Origin: Hypanus sabinus
Lineage: Eukaryota
Reading direction: 5' to 3'
Assembly: GCF_030144855.1 (NCBI RefSeq)
Contig: NC_082736.1
Coordinates: forward strand, 7,440,001 to 7,504,000
DNA length: 64,000 nt
Numbering within the stretch: the stretch's first letter is position 1; each line of letters begins with the position of its first letter. The translations under genes and the position numbers were made by a program. This document shows, in pieces, positions 37,176-49,399 of this stretch. The notes beneath the pieces were generated by a model that was not told the DNA's origin, searched no databases, and worked only from the letters and a program-made list of their open reading frames with translations.

Positions 37176-37793
37176 ATGACTGAGACAGCACCCGCCGAAA
37201 CGGCTCCTCCAGCCGCACCCGCCGCCGCAAAGAAGACTCCCAAGAAGGCGGCGGCTGTCCGGAGTAAACCAACCGGTCCCTCGCTGGGCGAACAGATCGA
37301 TAAGATCGTGGCGGGTTGTCACGATAGGAAGGGTATGTCCGGTGCGGCTATCATGAAGGCTCTGGCCGACAGCGGTGTCGATGTGGCGAAACGTCGCCAC
37401 CAGGTCAAAATGAGCATCAAGAGGAAAGTGGAAAGCGGCTCCTTGGTTCAGGCCAAGGGCTCGGGTATTTCGGGATCCTTTAAATCCGGTAAAGGGAAAA
37501 CTGCCGTGAAGGTGGTGAAGAAAGCGAACAAGCCAGCGGCAAAGAAATCTCCCAGCAAGAAGCTTGGCGCCAAGAAACCAGCGACTAAAAAGGCGGGAGG
37601 TAAGAAACCAGCGACTAAAAAGGCGGGAGGTAAGAAACCAGCGGCTAAGAAAGCGGGAGGTAAGAAACCCGCGGCTAAGAAATCGGCGCCGAAGCCCAAG
37701 AGCCCCAAGAAAGCCGCAGCCCCGAAGACGAAGGCGGCCAAGAAGCCGAAGTCGAAATCCGCGAAACCCAAGAAGACAGCCGTCAAAAAGTGA
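37176..37793 (+). CDS. H1: Linker histone H1 (205 aa), divergent globular domain
   Basis: MTETAPAETAPPAAP N-terminus, winged-helix end GSLVQAKGSGISGSFK, K/A/P-rich tail, 3' stem-loop. Confidence 0.97.
   Translation: MTETAPAETAPPAAPAAAKKTPKKAAAVRSKPTGPSLGEQIDKIVAGCHDRKGMSGAAIMKALADSGVDVAKRRHQVKMSIKRKVESGSLVQAKGSGISGSFKSGKGKTAVKVVKKANKPAAKKSPSKKLGAKKPATKKAGGKKPATKKAGGKKPAAKKAGGKKPAAKKSAPKPKSPKKAAAPKTKAAKKPKSKSAKPKKTAVKK
37572..37682 (+). repeat. 30-bp coding minisatellite (about 3.7 copies) in the H1 tail
   Basis: AAGAAACCAGCGACTAAAAAGGCGGGAGGT units encoding KKPA(T/A)KKAGG; first two units identical. Confidence 0.9.
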
Positions 37794-37830
37794 ATTGAGA
37801 ATCCACCATATGTAACTATCTGAACCCAAC

Positions 37831-37846
37831 GGCTCTTCTCAGAGCC
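37831..37846 (+). promoter_or_regulatory. Histone 3' stem-loop of H1
   Basis: GGCTCT-TCTC-AGAGCC-ACCCA; HDE AAAGAGCTG at 37861-37869. Confidence 0.96.
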
Positions 37847-38499
37847 ACCCACATCTCAGAAAAGAGCTGATTCGGAGTGTTGTGATTCCCGCGCCGGGTC
37901 CGATTGAGAACTCAGTGGAACCCGAGATTGCCGGTACCTCTGACATTTGGTGCGGTGTCTGAAATGAGACACGGATGCCCGAGCTGAGATTGAGAGATAA
38001 GGGATGTGGGCAGTTTCAGGCCCAATTCCTTCTCCGATCTGGGAGAGAGTGACCGACATTGACACAAGCGGAGATCCAGCTGAGTTGATTGGGAACTGCT
38101 GAAACCTACGCGAGAGGGGAGGGGGCGTGTTGAGAGAGGGATCCGTCTCTGGGACGGACTGCAGCGGGAGGCTATATGATAAACTACCCGGTGGCATTGC
38201 CGACTGACCTTCATGCAGGCCCCAGCTACAAAACGACATTGTTAATTTACACAAAACACCAATATCAAAAATGTACAAGAGCGAAATCTAATCTTAAAAA
38301 TCACTATTTCCTGGCGGTCACCGCCCCCCGAATTCCCCCACTGTTACCCCTCGCGTCGGCATGCTTCACTCCAAGCACAGCGGGCACGAACGTATCCCCA
38401 TGTCCAAAGCAAACAAAACGGTAACAGCCGCACCAGCTGCACACGACAGGTTTGTGAGAGAAGTTAAGGGCCAGATGAGGCCCTGACAGGGAGGGAAGC

Positions 38500-38686
38500 G
38501 CGTTAATCTCTGGATGCATTCAAGAGAGTTAGATAGAGCTCTTATAGACAGCGGGGTCAAGGGATATAGGGAGAGGGCAGGAACCGGGTACTGATTGTAT
38601 ATGATCAACCACGAACACAGTGAATGGCAGTGCTGGCTAGAAGGGCCGAATGGTCTAACCCTGCACCAACTGTCCATTGTCTATTA
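38500..38686 (+). mobile_element. CR1 3' end
   Basis: SLDAFKRELDRAL..SG.KGY and terminal hairpin/tail ...CTATT, related to the 3' end at 62444. Confidence 0.75.
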
Positions 38687-38823
38687 CTTCCTATCCCTCG
38701 CCGAATTACCGGATCTGCACAGAACTGATGTTCGGGGTCAATTAGTGCAAAATCGATCGGCAGGACAGTTCGCTACTACGATAATGATCAGCAAGCTACA
38801 GCCCTTTCCTTTGCCGTGGTAGT

Positions 38824-38839
38824 GGCTCTTAAAAGAGCC
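38824..38839 (-). promoter_or_regulatory. Histone 3' stem-loop of H3
   Basis: GGCTCT-TTTA-AGAGCC; HDE GGAAAGGGCTG. Confidence 0.95.
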
Positions 38840-38868
38840 TTTTCTGGTGTTCGGAGTGTAGGCTGGGC

Positions 38869-39285
<417 letters not shown>

Positions 39286-39915
39286 TCAGGAGTGAGGACA
39301 CAGGCTGAAATACGGGAACAAGATAGACGAAACGGGTTCCAGCACAGGCTTTTATACCGCTGGGAAGGGCCGTCCCACCGCTTATGATTGGCTGTGCACC
39401 AACTGTCTGTTAAAGGATCTCCTTGCTGCGATTGGTTTATTGATTTCATGCAGGCTGGCGGCGAATAAAAATTTACGACAAAATGGGAAACTGTTAATTG
39501 GCGGTCGGACTTCATCCAATCGGAATGCACTGTGATTGGCGCCCGATTATTTTCGAACCGCCCGCCAATTTCAGAGCACCCAGCCTGATAACTTATTATT
39601 TACAATTAATTCTATCACGGATCATGTACTTTCAGTTTCATTTAATATCTAATTCCCTCAGTTAAGATTTGAATGCATGATTACGGAATCGACTCTCTGA
39701 ACGACTTAACTGATTTCTGTCCGAGATGGACAGAATGATTAAGATCGATATAAATGCATCCAGCATTCACGGTAATCACCGCCTGGAAAGGCACAATCGC
39801 AGCTATATATATTTCAAGCGGAATGATTAATCTGTTTCAAAAGTAGCTCAGCCAAATATATCGATAAAAATAATTAAAAGGTTGTGGACACGGCTCCGTC
39901 TGTGAGGCGGTGGGT

Positions 39916-39931
39916 GGCTCTTAGAAGAGCC
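39916..39931 (-). promoter_or_regulatory. Histone 3' stem-loop of H4
   Basis: GGCTCT-TCTA-AGAGCC-ACCCA on minus strand. Confidence 0.95.
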
Positions 39932-39964
39932 TTTGTGTTGTGCTCGGGAGGAAGTGGGAGTATT

Positions 39965-40285
<321 letters not shown>

Positions 40286-41162
40286 TCACTCAGGTCGCTG
40301 CTCAGTGACAAACCGACTGCTGATGTCTCCTTTTATACACAGCGCCCCGACCTGCCCGAGAAAGGCGCAGAGAGACAGAGGCGGGGAGGGGAGGAGACAC
40401 AGTCAGAGTGACGGACAGGACCGAGAGCGGCCTCTCATCGTCCAGCTCCGCCTTCACTTTCCCACACCCGCCAATTTCCAACGGTTTATCCGACAGAAAG
40501 CGCTTTAGCGGAAAAAAAAACTGACACACACCACGTAAAGTCTGGAGGATTTCTGGAAATTCGCTGATTCTCCTGCTTTAAATTATAGGAAGTGCTTTTC
40601 CATTCCGCAAATCCCCGACTACCTCGGTCTGTCCCTCCCCGGCCCCATGACCAGTTCGAGCGTCCTCACACACAGCAGTTGGTGGGCGAGGGTGCAGTCA
40701 CATCCAGTGATGAGAGGGTTAATTCATCAGAACAATTGTTCCCCTGGGTCGCGAGGGAAATTAAAGTCCGGTCACAAAAAGGAACAGGATACATAGGCAG
40801 ATATAAGGATATATAGACCTCGCTTTGGTGCCTTCTAAAGCCCAGGTAAAGTGGTGGCTGAGGAGCTGGTGTGAGGTGGGTGACGGCTTTAGGTACGAGG
40901 ATCATTGAGGTCCCGAGGGAAAGGTGAGACGGGTCCAAGGAGGGGTGCCAATATGTTTACGGGAGCTTTCTTCATGCTACACGGAAGGGTTTAACCGAGC
41001 AGGTATCAGGTCCTACACAGTGATTTTCGGGAAATAGGTTAAAAAGCAGGACTTCCAGGATTGCCATTACGGAATTGTGGACCCAACCTTGTGCTGGTGT
41101 GGTGAGAAAACAATTGCTGCTGAGGAACTGGTGCAGGAGGAAGATCTTCAGATTTACGGATT

Positions 41163-42638
41163 TACAAATCTTCCCGCGCTGACCTGGATAGTTGTCATTC
41201 TGCCCTGAAGTGACAAATTGAGTTCATTGAGCAGGTTGAAGACGTCACACAGATAAGCGAGTTTTGCTATCCACCCCTCGTCAAGTGTGCTGCCAGTGGT
41301 GATGTTTTTCCTGAAAGAAATCTCTGTAGCTGCTCTCTTAACTCAAAAACCTTGGCCAGGGCTCTCCATCTTGATAGTCACCTGACTTCAGTGTGAAAGA
41401 GAAGGCGTTTGTGCTCTGCATCCATTTCTTCACAAAGCTGCTCAAACAGACGTGAGTTAAGGGCTTTTACTTTGATGTGATTGATAACTTCAACAACGTC
41501 ACTAAATACGCTGTTAAGATCAGGTGACATTTTTCGGCTAGCCAGCATCTCCCTGTTTATGACAAAGTTTGCAGAATGTCAATCAGGAGCAACCTCTTTG
41601 ACTCGGGTAGTGAAACCAGACAGCCATCCAGTCATAGCTGCAGCCCCATCTGTGCATATTCCAACACAGAATGACCAGTCCGGTTTGCCTAACATGTAGT
41701 CATTCAAAGACTTGAACAGTTCTGCCCCAGTTGTGTTAGTTGCCGGTGGCATTGCGCACAACGTATCCTCGTGCACATCGTCTTGAAATATATATCGCAC
41801 ATAAACCAGCAGTGTTACCTTGTTGTCGCATTGGTAGACTCGTCGACCTGGATAGCATACCATGGTGACTCGTTAAGCCGTTCTAACATCTGTGCTTCGA
41901 TGTCCTCCGCTTTGTCATCGATTCTCCTTGAAACTGTGGTAGCTGGAAGAGAAACCTGTGCCATCTTGTTAGCAGCAGCTTCTCTCAACTGTTCACAGCA
42001 CAGGTCCTTGGCAGCAGGCAGAATCACTTCTTCCCCAACAGTGAAAGGCTTCTTAGCCTCAGCAATACGGCTAGCCACTAACTATGACGTTCTCAGAGCA
42101 GCAGCATTTGTGGAGGTGGTGGCTCTCAGCACTTGCTTCTGTCCCGCTTGCTGACGTTTTTTCCACTCAAAAAACTCAAAGGGTTTGTCTTTAAGTGCAG
42201 GGAGCTGGGACTCGAGATGCCGAAGCAGTTTTGAGGGCTTCATTGCCTCATTAGACAGCATGTCTCCACATATCACACACAGGGGCTTGGAGCATACGAG
42301 TCACCGGTCGCAATAAACCCATATTTTATGTGCGACTCGTCGTATTTTCAGTTGAAGGAAGCTTTCTTTTTTTTGTAGTCTTGGCCTCAGCCGTCTCTGC
42401 GTTGTCGTCATCATTGGGCCTTTTATGTCCCCCACCACCTCTTCCAAAGAAACTCTCAAGCTACGTTTGTTTTTTACTCATACCGACTGATGACCTTGCG
42501 TGCGTTCAAGTTCAACAGTGGCGTGACAGGGAATGAGGAAAGGTGCAGCTGACTCATATCGTTTCATATCACCAAATCATATCGGTTCTTCGCAGCCCAG
42601 CAGCACGTGTTTTGCGGCCCGGTGGTTGGGGACCACGG
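41163..42638 (-). mobile_element. hAT-Buster (ZBED5/SCAND3-like) transposon 5' half, pseudogenised
   Basis: TIR CCGTGGTCCCCAACC. ICGDMLSNEAMKPSKLLRHL, KKPFTVGEEVILPAAKD, YAIQVDEST, VGICTDGAAAMTG; frameshifts. Confidence 0.92.
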
Positions 42639-42639
42639 A

Positions 42640-43903
42640 TCTGAGACACTCCAGAGTTGTTTTGAGGTGACAGACAGGCAGGCACTCTGTGAGCCACATG
42701 GAGATGACATTGATGGGCTCACAGAGTGCATCACTGGTTACATCAACTTCTGTGTGGACTGCAATGTTCCAGCAAGAACTGTCCTTCATTATTCAAATAA
42801 CAAGTCATGGGTAACAAAGGACATTAAGGACATCCTGAATGCTAAAAAGAGGGCATTTAGAGATGGAATTAGGGAGGAGCTGAGGACAATACAGAGGGAC
42901 CTGAAAGCCAAGATCAGGGAGGCTAAAGACAGGTGTAGGAGGAAGCACGAGGAAATCTGCAGATGCTGGAAATTCAAACAACACACACAAAATGATTCAT
43001 CTGTTGTCTGCCCCCAACCAACACATACTCCACTCTCCCCTCCTACTCCTCCTCACAGCCCCCCACCCTGCTCCCATGACTACACCCCTCCACCACCTGA
43101 AACCACCATGGTGTGCTTCACAGCTGAATAGGTCAGAAGACAGCTGAAACGTGTCCACCCAAGCAAGGCTGCAGGCCCGGATGGTGTCAGCCCCAGGGTG
43201 CTCAAAGCCTGTGCCCCCCAGCTATGTGGAGTACTTCACCATGTCTTCAAGCTGAGCCTGAGTCTCCAGAGGGTTCCTGTGCTTTGGAAGACATCCTGCC
43301 TCGTCCCTGTACCGCAGATGCCGCGCCCCAGTGACAACAGACAGGTGGCATTGACCTCCCACATCATGAAGACCCTGGAGGGACGTTCTAGAGCAGCTGC
43401 GGCCTCTGGTTAGGCCAAACTTAGACCCCCTCCCGTTCGCCTACCAGCCCCGACTAGGAGTTGAGGATGCCATCGTCTAACTGCTCAACAATGTCTACGC
43501 CCACCTGGACAAGCCGGCGAGCACTGTGAGGGTCATGTTTTTTGACTTCTCCAGTGCGTTCAACACCATCCGCCCTGCTCTGTTCAGTGAGAAGCTGACA
43601 GTGATGCAGGTCGATGCTTCCCTGGTGTCATGGATTATTGATTGCCTGACTGGCAGACCACAGTACGTGCGCTTCCAACAATGTGTGTCAGACAGAGTGG
43701 TCAGCAGCACTGGGGCTCCACAGGGGACTGTCCTGTCTCCCTTTCTCTTCACCACCTACACCTCGGACTTCAACTACTGCACAAAGTCTTGCCAACTTCA
43801 GAAGTTTTCTGATGACTCTGCCATAGTTGGATGCATCAGCAAGGGAGATGAGGCAGAGTACAGGGCTACGGTGAGAAACTTTATCAAATGGTGTGAGCAG
43901 AAT
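42640..43903 (+). mobile_element. Rex1/Babar-type LINE ORF fragment, cut at the duplication breakpoint
   Basis: KAAGPDGVSPRVLKACA, RVMFFDFSSAFNTI, GAPQGTVLSPFLF, QKFSDDSAIVG. Small pLTR fragment at about 42946-42994. Confidence 0.9.
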
Positions 43904-46474
43904 AATTTTGAATTAAGAAGACAAATTTAAAGTGGACAAAGAATTTGTGTTTAAGCTAAATCAGTTCATTCGGCATTGGCAAGGTGGAATATAGTTCGGA
44001 CTGTTGTGACCCCGGGACAGTAGAGCATTCCAGCAAGGAATGAAGCTAATCGGGGGCGGGGGCGGGGGTGGGGGGGAGTTCATTATAACAGAATCACTCA
44101 GTACAATTGAGGGGTTCAGACTTCACTGTTAACCCACCATCCGTATGTATGGGCCCCCTACAACACACTCAACAACTCGAGCGTTTAGTACCAACATGCG
44201 TTCATAAGTAAGGGTCATGTTCTTTGTGTGGAACAGGAACTGTACCGCCTCATCTTTGACATGAGGTGCACAAACCACGTATCCACTAACATTGTTTCCA
44301 GTATCATATCAGGCGAAAAAGCCATCAAGGCCGAAAATTGAGACATCGGCTTACATCAGGAGGCATTTTACAGCGGGCAGAATTACAATTGTACAAATTC
44401 TACAGTACTGTTTGGGAAAGGATTATTTAAAGTAAACTTCATAGTCTGTGGTGTTTGTGGTGGCTGAGGGTGAAACTGACTGTTATCAAAGTTGCTTTGG
44501 CGCTGAGGGCATCTTTGAACTCAGTGGCGAGACTGTCCATAAACAAGGTGCACCTCTCACTGACGCCCCACCTTTTACCAGTAACTGTCCTCCGCCTTCT
44601 CCCCATGTTTCTTGAAGTGAATCAAAGAACTGCAAAATCCATAAATTAGAACAGCTGTTTTTTTTCCCCCTCTAAATAACACTATACAATGTTCAGAACA
44701 AAATAAATACCAGTCACAAATGGGTGACAAGTCAAATGCATTTAAAGCAGGTAACGTTCAAACAAAATTTAGAATGAAATTGTAAACAGCTTTAATATAG
44801 TAATGATGAGCAACAATGTGGTCACTGTCATTTTATTAAATATAAAACAGAATACAAGTTAAAATAACATTCAAATCATACAGGGCAGCTGTCACAATAT
44901 ATTTATACAACAGTCAATATTAATGAGACAATGGTAGCGCAGTCCAGGGAGTCTCCAGTCCTCACACAAATATTATCCACTCCCTTAACAGCTTGAAGCA
45001 TTTGATTTCATCTGAAATTATTGTAAACCACTCAGAATTTTACTTACCTCTTTTCATCTAACACAAGTAACAAACTACATTTCCTTTAACCTGGACTCAT
45101 TTAATCATCATTTGCAATAACATTCATTACGATTGAGTAAATCAGTGTATTTCTGAAATACTTTGTTTATCTACTTTACAAATTTATTAAGGTGCCCATC
45201 TGCTTTTTGTGCAATGCGGTGTATCATATGTCACTCTGGAGTGTGAAGGAAACACTTCAGTATAACATGATATTTTAGTTCAAAGTGCATAAAAGTCTCC
45301 ATATTGCTCATTCTCCCATCGAGCTTTTGAGAGATTTACACCAGCCTCTTCAAGAACTCAGGAGACACTACTGGGGTGAGCTTTGTTGTAACCGTACCTG
45401 TGGGGGGCAGGGGTAAAACAGGTTCCTACTACTTCCTACTCAGACATTTGTACGAGTTGTGTCCTGTTAAACATGGAATAGTACAGCACATTACAGGCCC
45501 TTCAGCCCACAATGTTGTGCCGACCGTCAGAACCTGCCTCCCATATAACCCCCCATCTTAAGTTCCTCCATATTCCTGTCTAGTAGTCTCTTAAACATTG
45601 AGTTAGGCTCGATTACATTTTCCTCTTCTTTCCGACTCTTTTTCTCTAACTTTTTTTTCATCTTCTCTGCTCGTACTGTGAGGAGCAACCAATTATTTTC
45701 GCATTTCTCTGCAGGTGAACACCACAGTGAAACACAATAAAACACACACAAACCTGAAAGTTTCCTCTCTCCTTTATCTATACTTCTGCAAGCACTCCCT
45801 TCTTCCATTCCACCCCCTTCTCAACATACTTAATTCTTTCTGCTCCACAATGTACGAATAAACAAGCCACCGAGTCGCCTTAGATGTCGAGTAAGAGACT
45901 CTCACGTGACCATTCAGACACACAATCAAGGCACTCACTCGTACTTCAGAATTCCCTTTCTTTCGTGCATCATGGGGTCAAATCCACCCCAAGGCATATG
46001 CATGATGACCAATGGGACTCAATCCAGCATGAGGCATCCTCTTTTCCCATCGATTCATGGGACCTAGCCCAGCCCCAGGCAGCCACAGTTTCCCTCTATT
46101 TCCTCAGCTGATTCAAACCCACCTAATGCTCCTTCTTTACTGTTGCAGCCTTCCGACAGTGGACAAAGGTGATGGACTACTCCACACAGGAGGAATTCTG
46201 TTTGAGGACTGATTGGCTACAGGGGCTGAATTCCTTTCTCCTGTAAAACAAAGCCAAGGGTTCAGTTTCTCAGAGGAAACTTCATGTTTCCACCATCACC
46301 CAGCAGCTGGAATCTGAAAACTCGCACTCGTTCTTCAATCAAACCTTAGTTACCTGTGCACAAGGAGAACAACATGGCCTCTGAACCAAACTGTTCTCAA
46401 GCTTGAACAAAGAAATATCACTTTTTACAGAGTTGTTTATTCAGAGACTGGTAATGACCAAATGGTAATCTCCT

Positions 46475-47360
46475 CGCCCACCCCCACTCTCCACTTCCCG
46501 CAGCGATTGCTCCCTATGTGACTCCCTTGCCCACTCAACCCTCCCGACTGATCCCCCTCCTGGTACTTACACTTGCGAAGTGTCATACCCACCCCTACCC
46601 CTCCTCCCTCACTACCATTCAGGGCCCTAAACAGTCCTTCCAAGTGAGGCAAAAATTCACCTGCAAGTCTGATGGGGATGTCAACTGTATCCAGTGGTCC
46701 CGGTGTGGCCTCCTGTATATCACAGCAACCTCATGCAGATTGGAGGACACTTCGTCAAGCATCTTCGCTCCGTCTGCCAGGAAAAGTGGCATCTCCCCGT
46801 GGCTATTATTTCAATTCCACTTCCTGTTCCCTTTCCAATATGTCAGTCCATCACCACCTCTCCTGCCACAATGAGTCCACAAACAGGTTGGAGGAGCAAC
46901 GCCTTATATTCCAAAAGGGTAGCCTCCAACCTGATGGCATGAACATCAATTTCTTGCACTTCCACTAATTGCCCCCTGCTCTCCTTCACCATTCCACATT
47001 CCTTTTCCTTCTCCTACTTAATTTCCTTACCTGTTCATCCCCTCCTTCTTCCTTTTCTTCCATGGTCTTCTCTTCTCTGCTATCAGATTCCCCTTCTCTA
47101 GCGCTTCATCTCTATCACCAATCTATTTCCTTAGCCCCTCCCCTCTCCCAGTTTCACACATCACCTACCATCTTTCACTTCTTCCTTCCCTCCCGCACCT
47201 TCATAATTGGACTTCTCTTCTTTTTTCAAATCATGATTAAGGGCCTCGGCTCAAATGCACATTGAATCTTTACTCTTTATCATAGATGCTGCCTGGCCTG
47301 CTGAGTTCCACCAGCATTTTGTGTGTGTTGCTTTGGATTTCCAGCATCTGCACATTTTCT
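46475..47360 (+). mobile_element. Penelope-like element 3' part (GIY-YIG remnant plus pLTR)
   Basis: TTIQGPKQSFQVRQKFTC...CGLLYI...RLEEQRLIFQKGSLQPDGMNINF. Confidence 0.82.
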
Positions 47361-49399
47361 CCTGTTTGAAATGGAACTTGTTTATGTTCAAATTCCTTAT
47401 CTGTCTGTTTAATTCACATTGAAACTACGATAATACAGTATAAATAGCCAAAACAATCTGCACATTAAATGCCAATAATAATCCAGAAATAGTAAAGCAA
47501 CTGTTACACGGTACTCTGTCACCTGAATCATTATCTTGTCATGGAATGTGAAATGGGTCCATCCCCGGCTGTGCAAAGGGAAGCTCTGCTCTTCGAAGCC
47601 CTTTCTTGCCCAGGTTGACTGCACACTACCTGTAAACTATCCATGCCTGAGCAGTAACTTTACCCTAGTCTTGTTGTAACTTCAGCTGGCTCAGGCACTG
47701 AAAAGTCAGTCACCTGGCTCACTTCGCAGAACAGGACAGACCTCCCAAATAGTTGGACCACACACATACTGCTTAAAGAACCCCTTTTAGACATGGCTAA
47801 CAAATTCTGCCGCATCGAATATTGTGCTCCCTGGAATTCCCAGTCAGTGGTCAATGTTCAAAAGTTTAAAGCACATTTATTACTAAAATTATGCTGACAT
47901 TATACAACCTTGAGATTCCTCTCCTAACAGGCAGCCATGAAACAAAGGAACATAAAAGGAACAAAACAAAAAAAAAAGAGGACCGTCAAACACTCAACGT
48001 GCAGAGAGAAAAAAACATGCAAACAGACAGAGAGCCCAAAGTTCAGCGCAGGGCAGAGTAAACATCGTGGAGCAGTGATCTGAACCAATTTGTTCAGTTG
48101 GATATGGGTGCCTCCTGGAAGAGAGCGTTCCTCAGCCTGGACCAGATGGACTGAAAGTTCCATTTTCATGCAGTGTGTCGCTGCAAATCTGAACATTGTT
48201 CACTCGGTTTGATGACATTTCACTTCTCTAAATGACTTGTAAGTTCCTCATAGATCAGACTCCAGCATCTTGCCCTCAACACTTGTGAAATTAACAGGAC
48301 AACAATTACCTTCTGTTGTATTCTAACTTGAACAATGGAAGCAGTTGAGGTTTTTCACTCCAATGGGACCTTCCTGGAACACAGTGTGTTCTGGCAAACA
48401 GCAACCTCTACCTGCACATTCTCTCCAGCCACTTCCCTGTTAATCTCTCGAGTGCAGGTCATTGTGACCTGGTGATGTTAACTTTTAGTCTCATTCAATA
48501 TTTTTCTCATGATGGTGAGTGTAGTAAGTTATTGCACAGTGTTGAAATGTCGGCCAATATCTCATTGAGATGTGTCCCATGTCTCCATATTTGTTAAAGT
48601 AGTTATTGAGGCTCTTGCCACTGGTTTCTGAATTATTCTCAGTCTGTTAGTCTATCTCTAAGCCTTATCACAATCTGTGCTCTAGGCTTTGATTTAATGT
48701 TTCCCTTGACACCATTGGTCCATCATTCTCCTGGGTCCTTCTGTCTAATTGGGATCAATGTCTGCTGAGTGTTATGAACCAGTGGTTTAAACATCCACTA
48801 CTGTTCGTCTGTTGAGCTGTTATGTTCTTATTTACCCTGTCGACCCCAGGCAACCCCACCTTCACATCTATGTAATTGTCCTTAATTATGTTGAGGACAT
48901 TGGTTGTGGACATGGGTGTTCACCCTCAAATTCTGTCTGGAATCCTCCCATGTTTTGTTGTCTTCTTCTTCAGGTATCCTTGACCACAGGATCTCTTATT
49001 AATCCCACACCATCACGTTTGAAATGTCCAGTTCCTGGGTAAGTTCTGTAACATTATGCTGTAGGAAGCAGTCTCTGGCCACTCCACAAATTCCTTTTCC
49101 TCTGCCAGTTTGATTAGTCTTATCAATGAACAAAGGCACCCTCCTCATTTCACTTTTGCAGACTTGTGTGGAACATTGCATATGCTGGAATACTGAGTTC
49201 CCAGTCCCAATCTGCCTGCAACCATATCCCTGGAAAACCTATAACATCAAATGCATTTGTCACAATACAATGCAATTTTCACCCCATATTTTCGCATTTA
49301 TAAGAGATTGTATATAACTTCAATTCCTACATTTTGCTTATTTTAATGTAATATTCTTCCTCAGTTGTAATTCTTATTTCACTATCACGGTGAAAGAAT

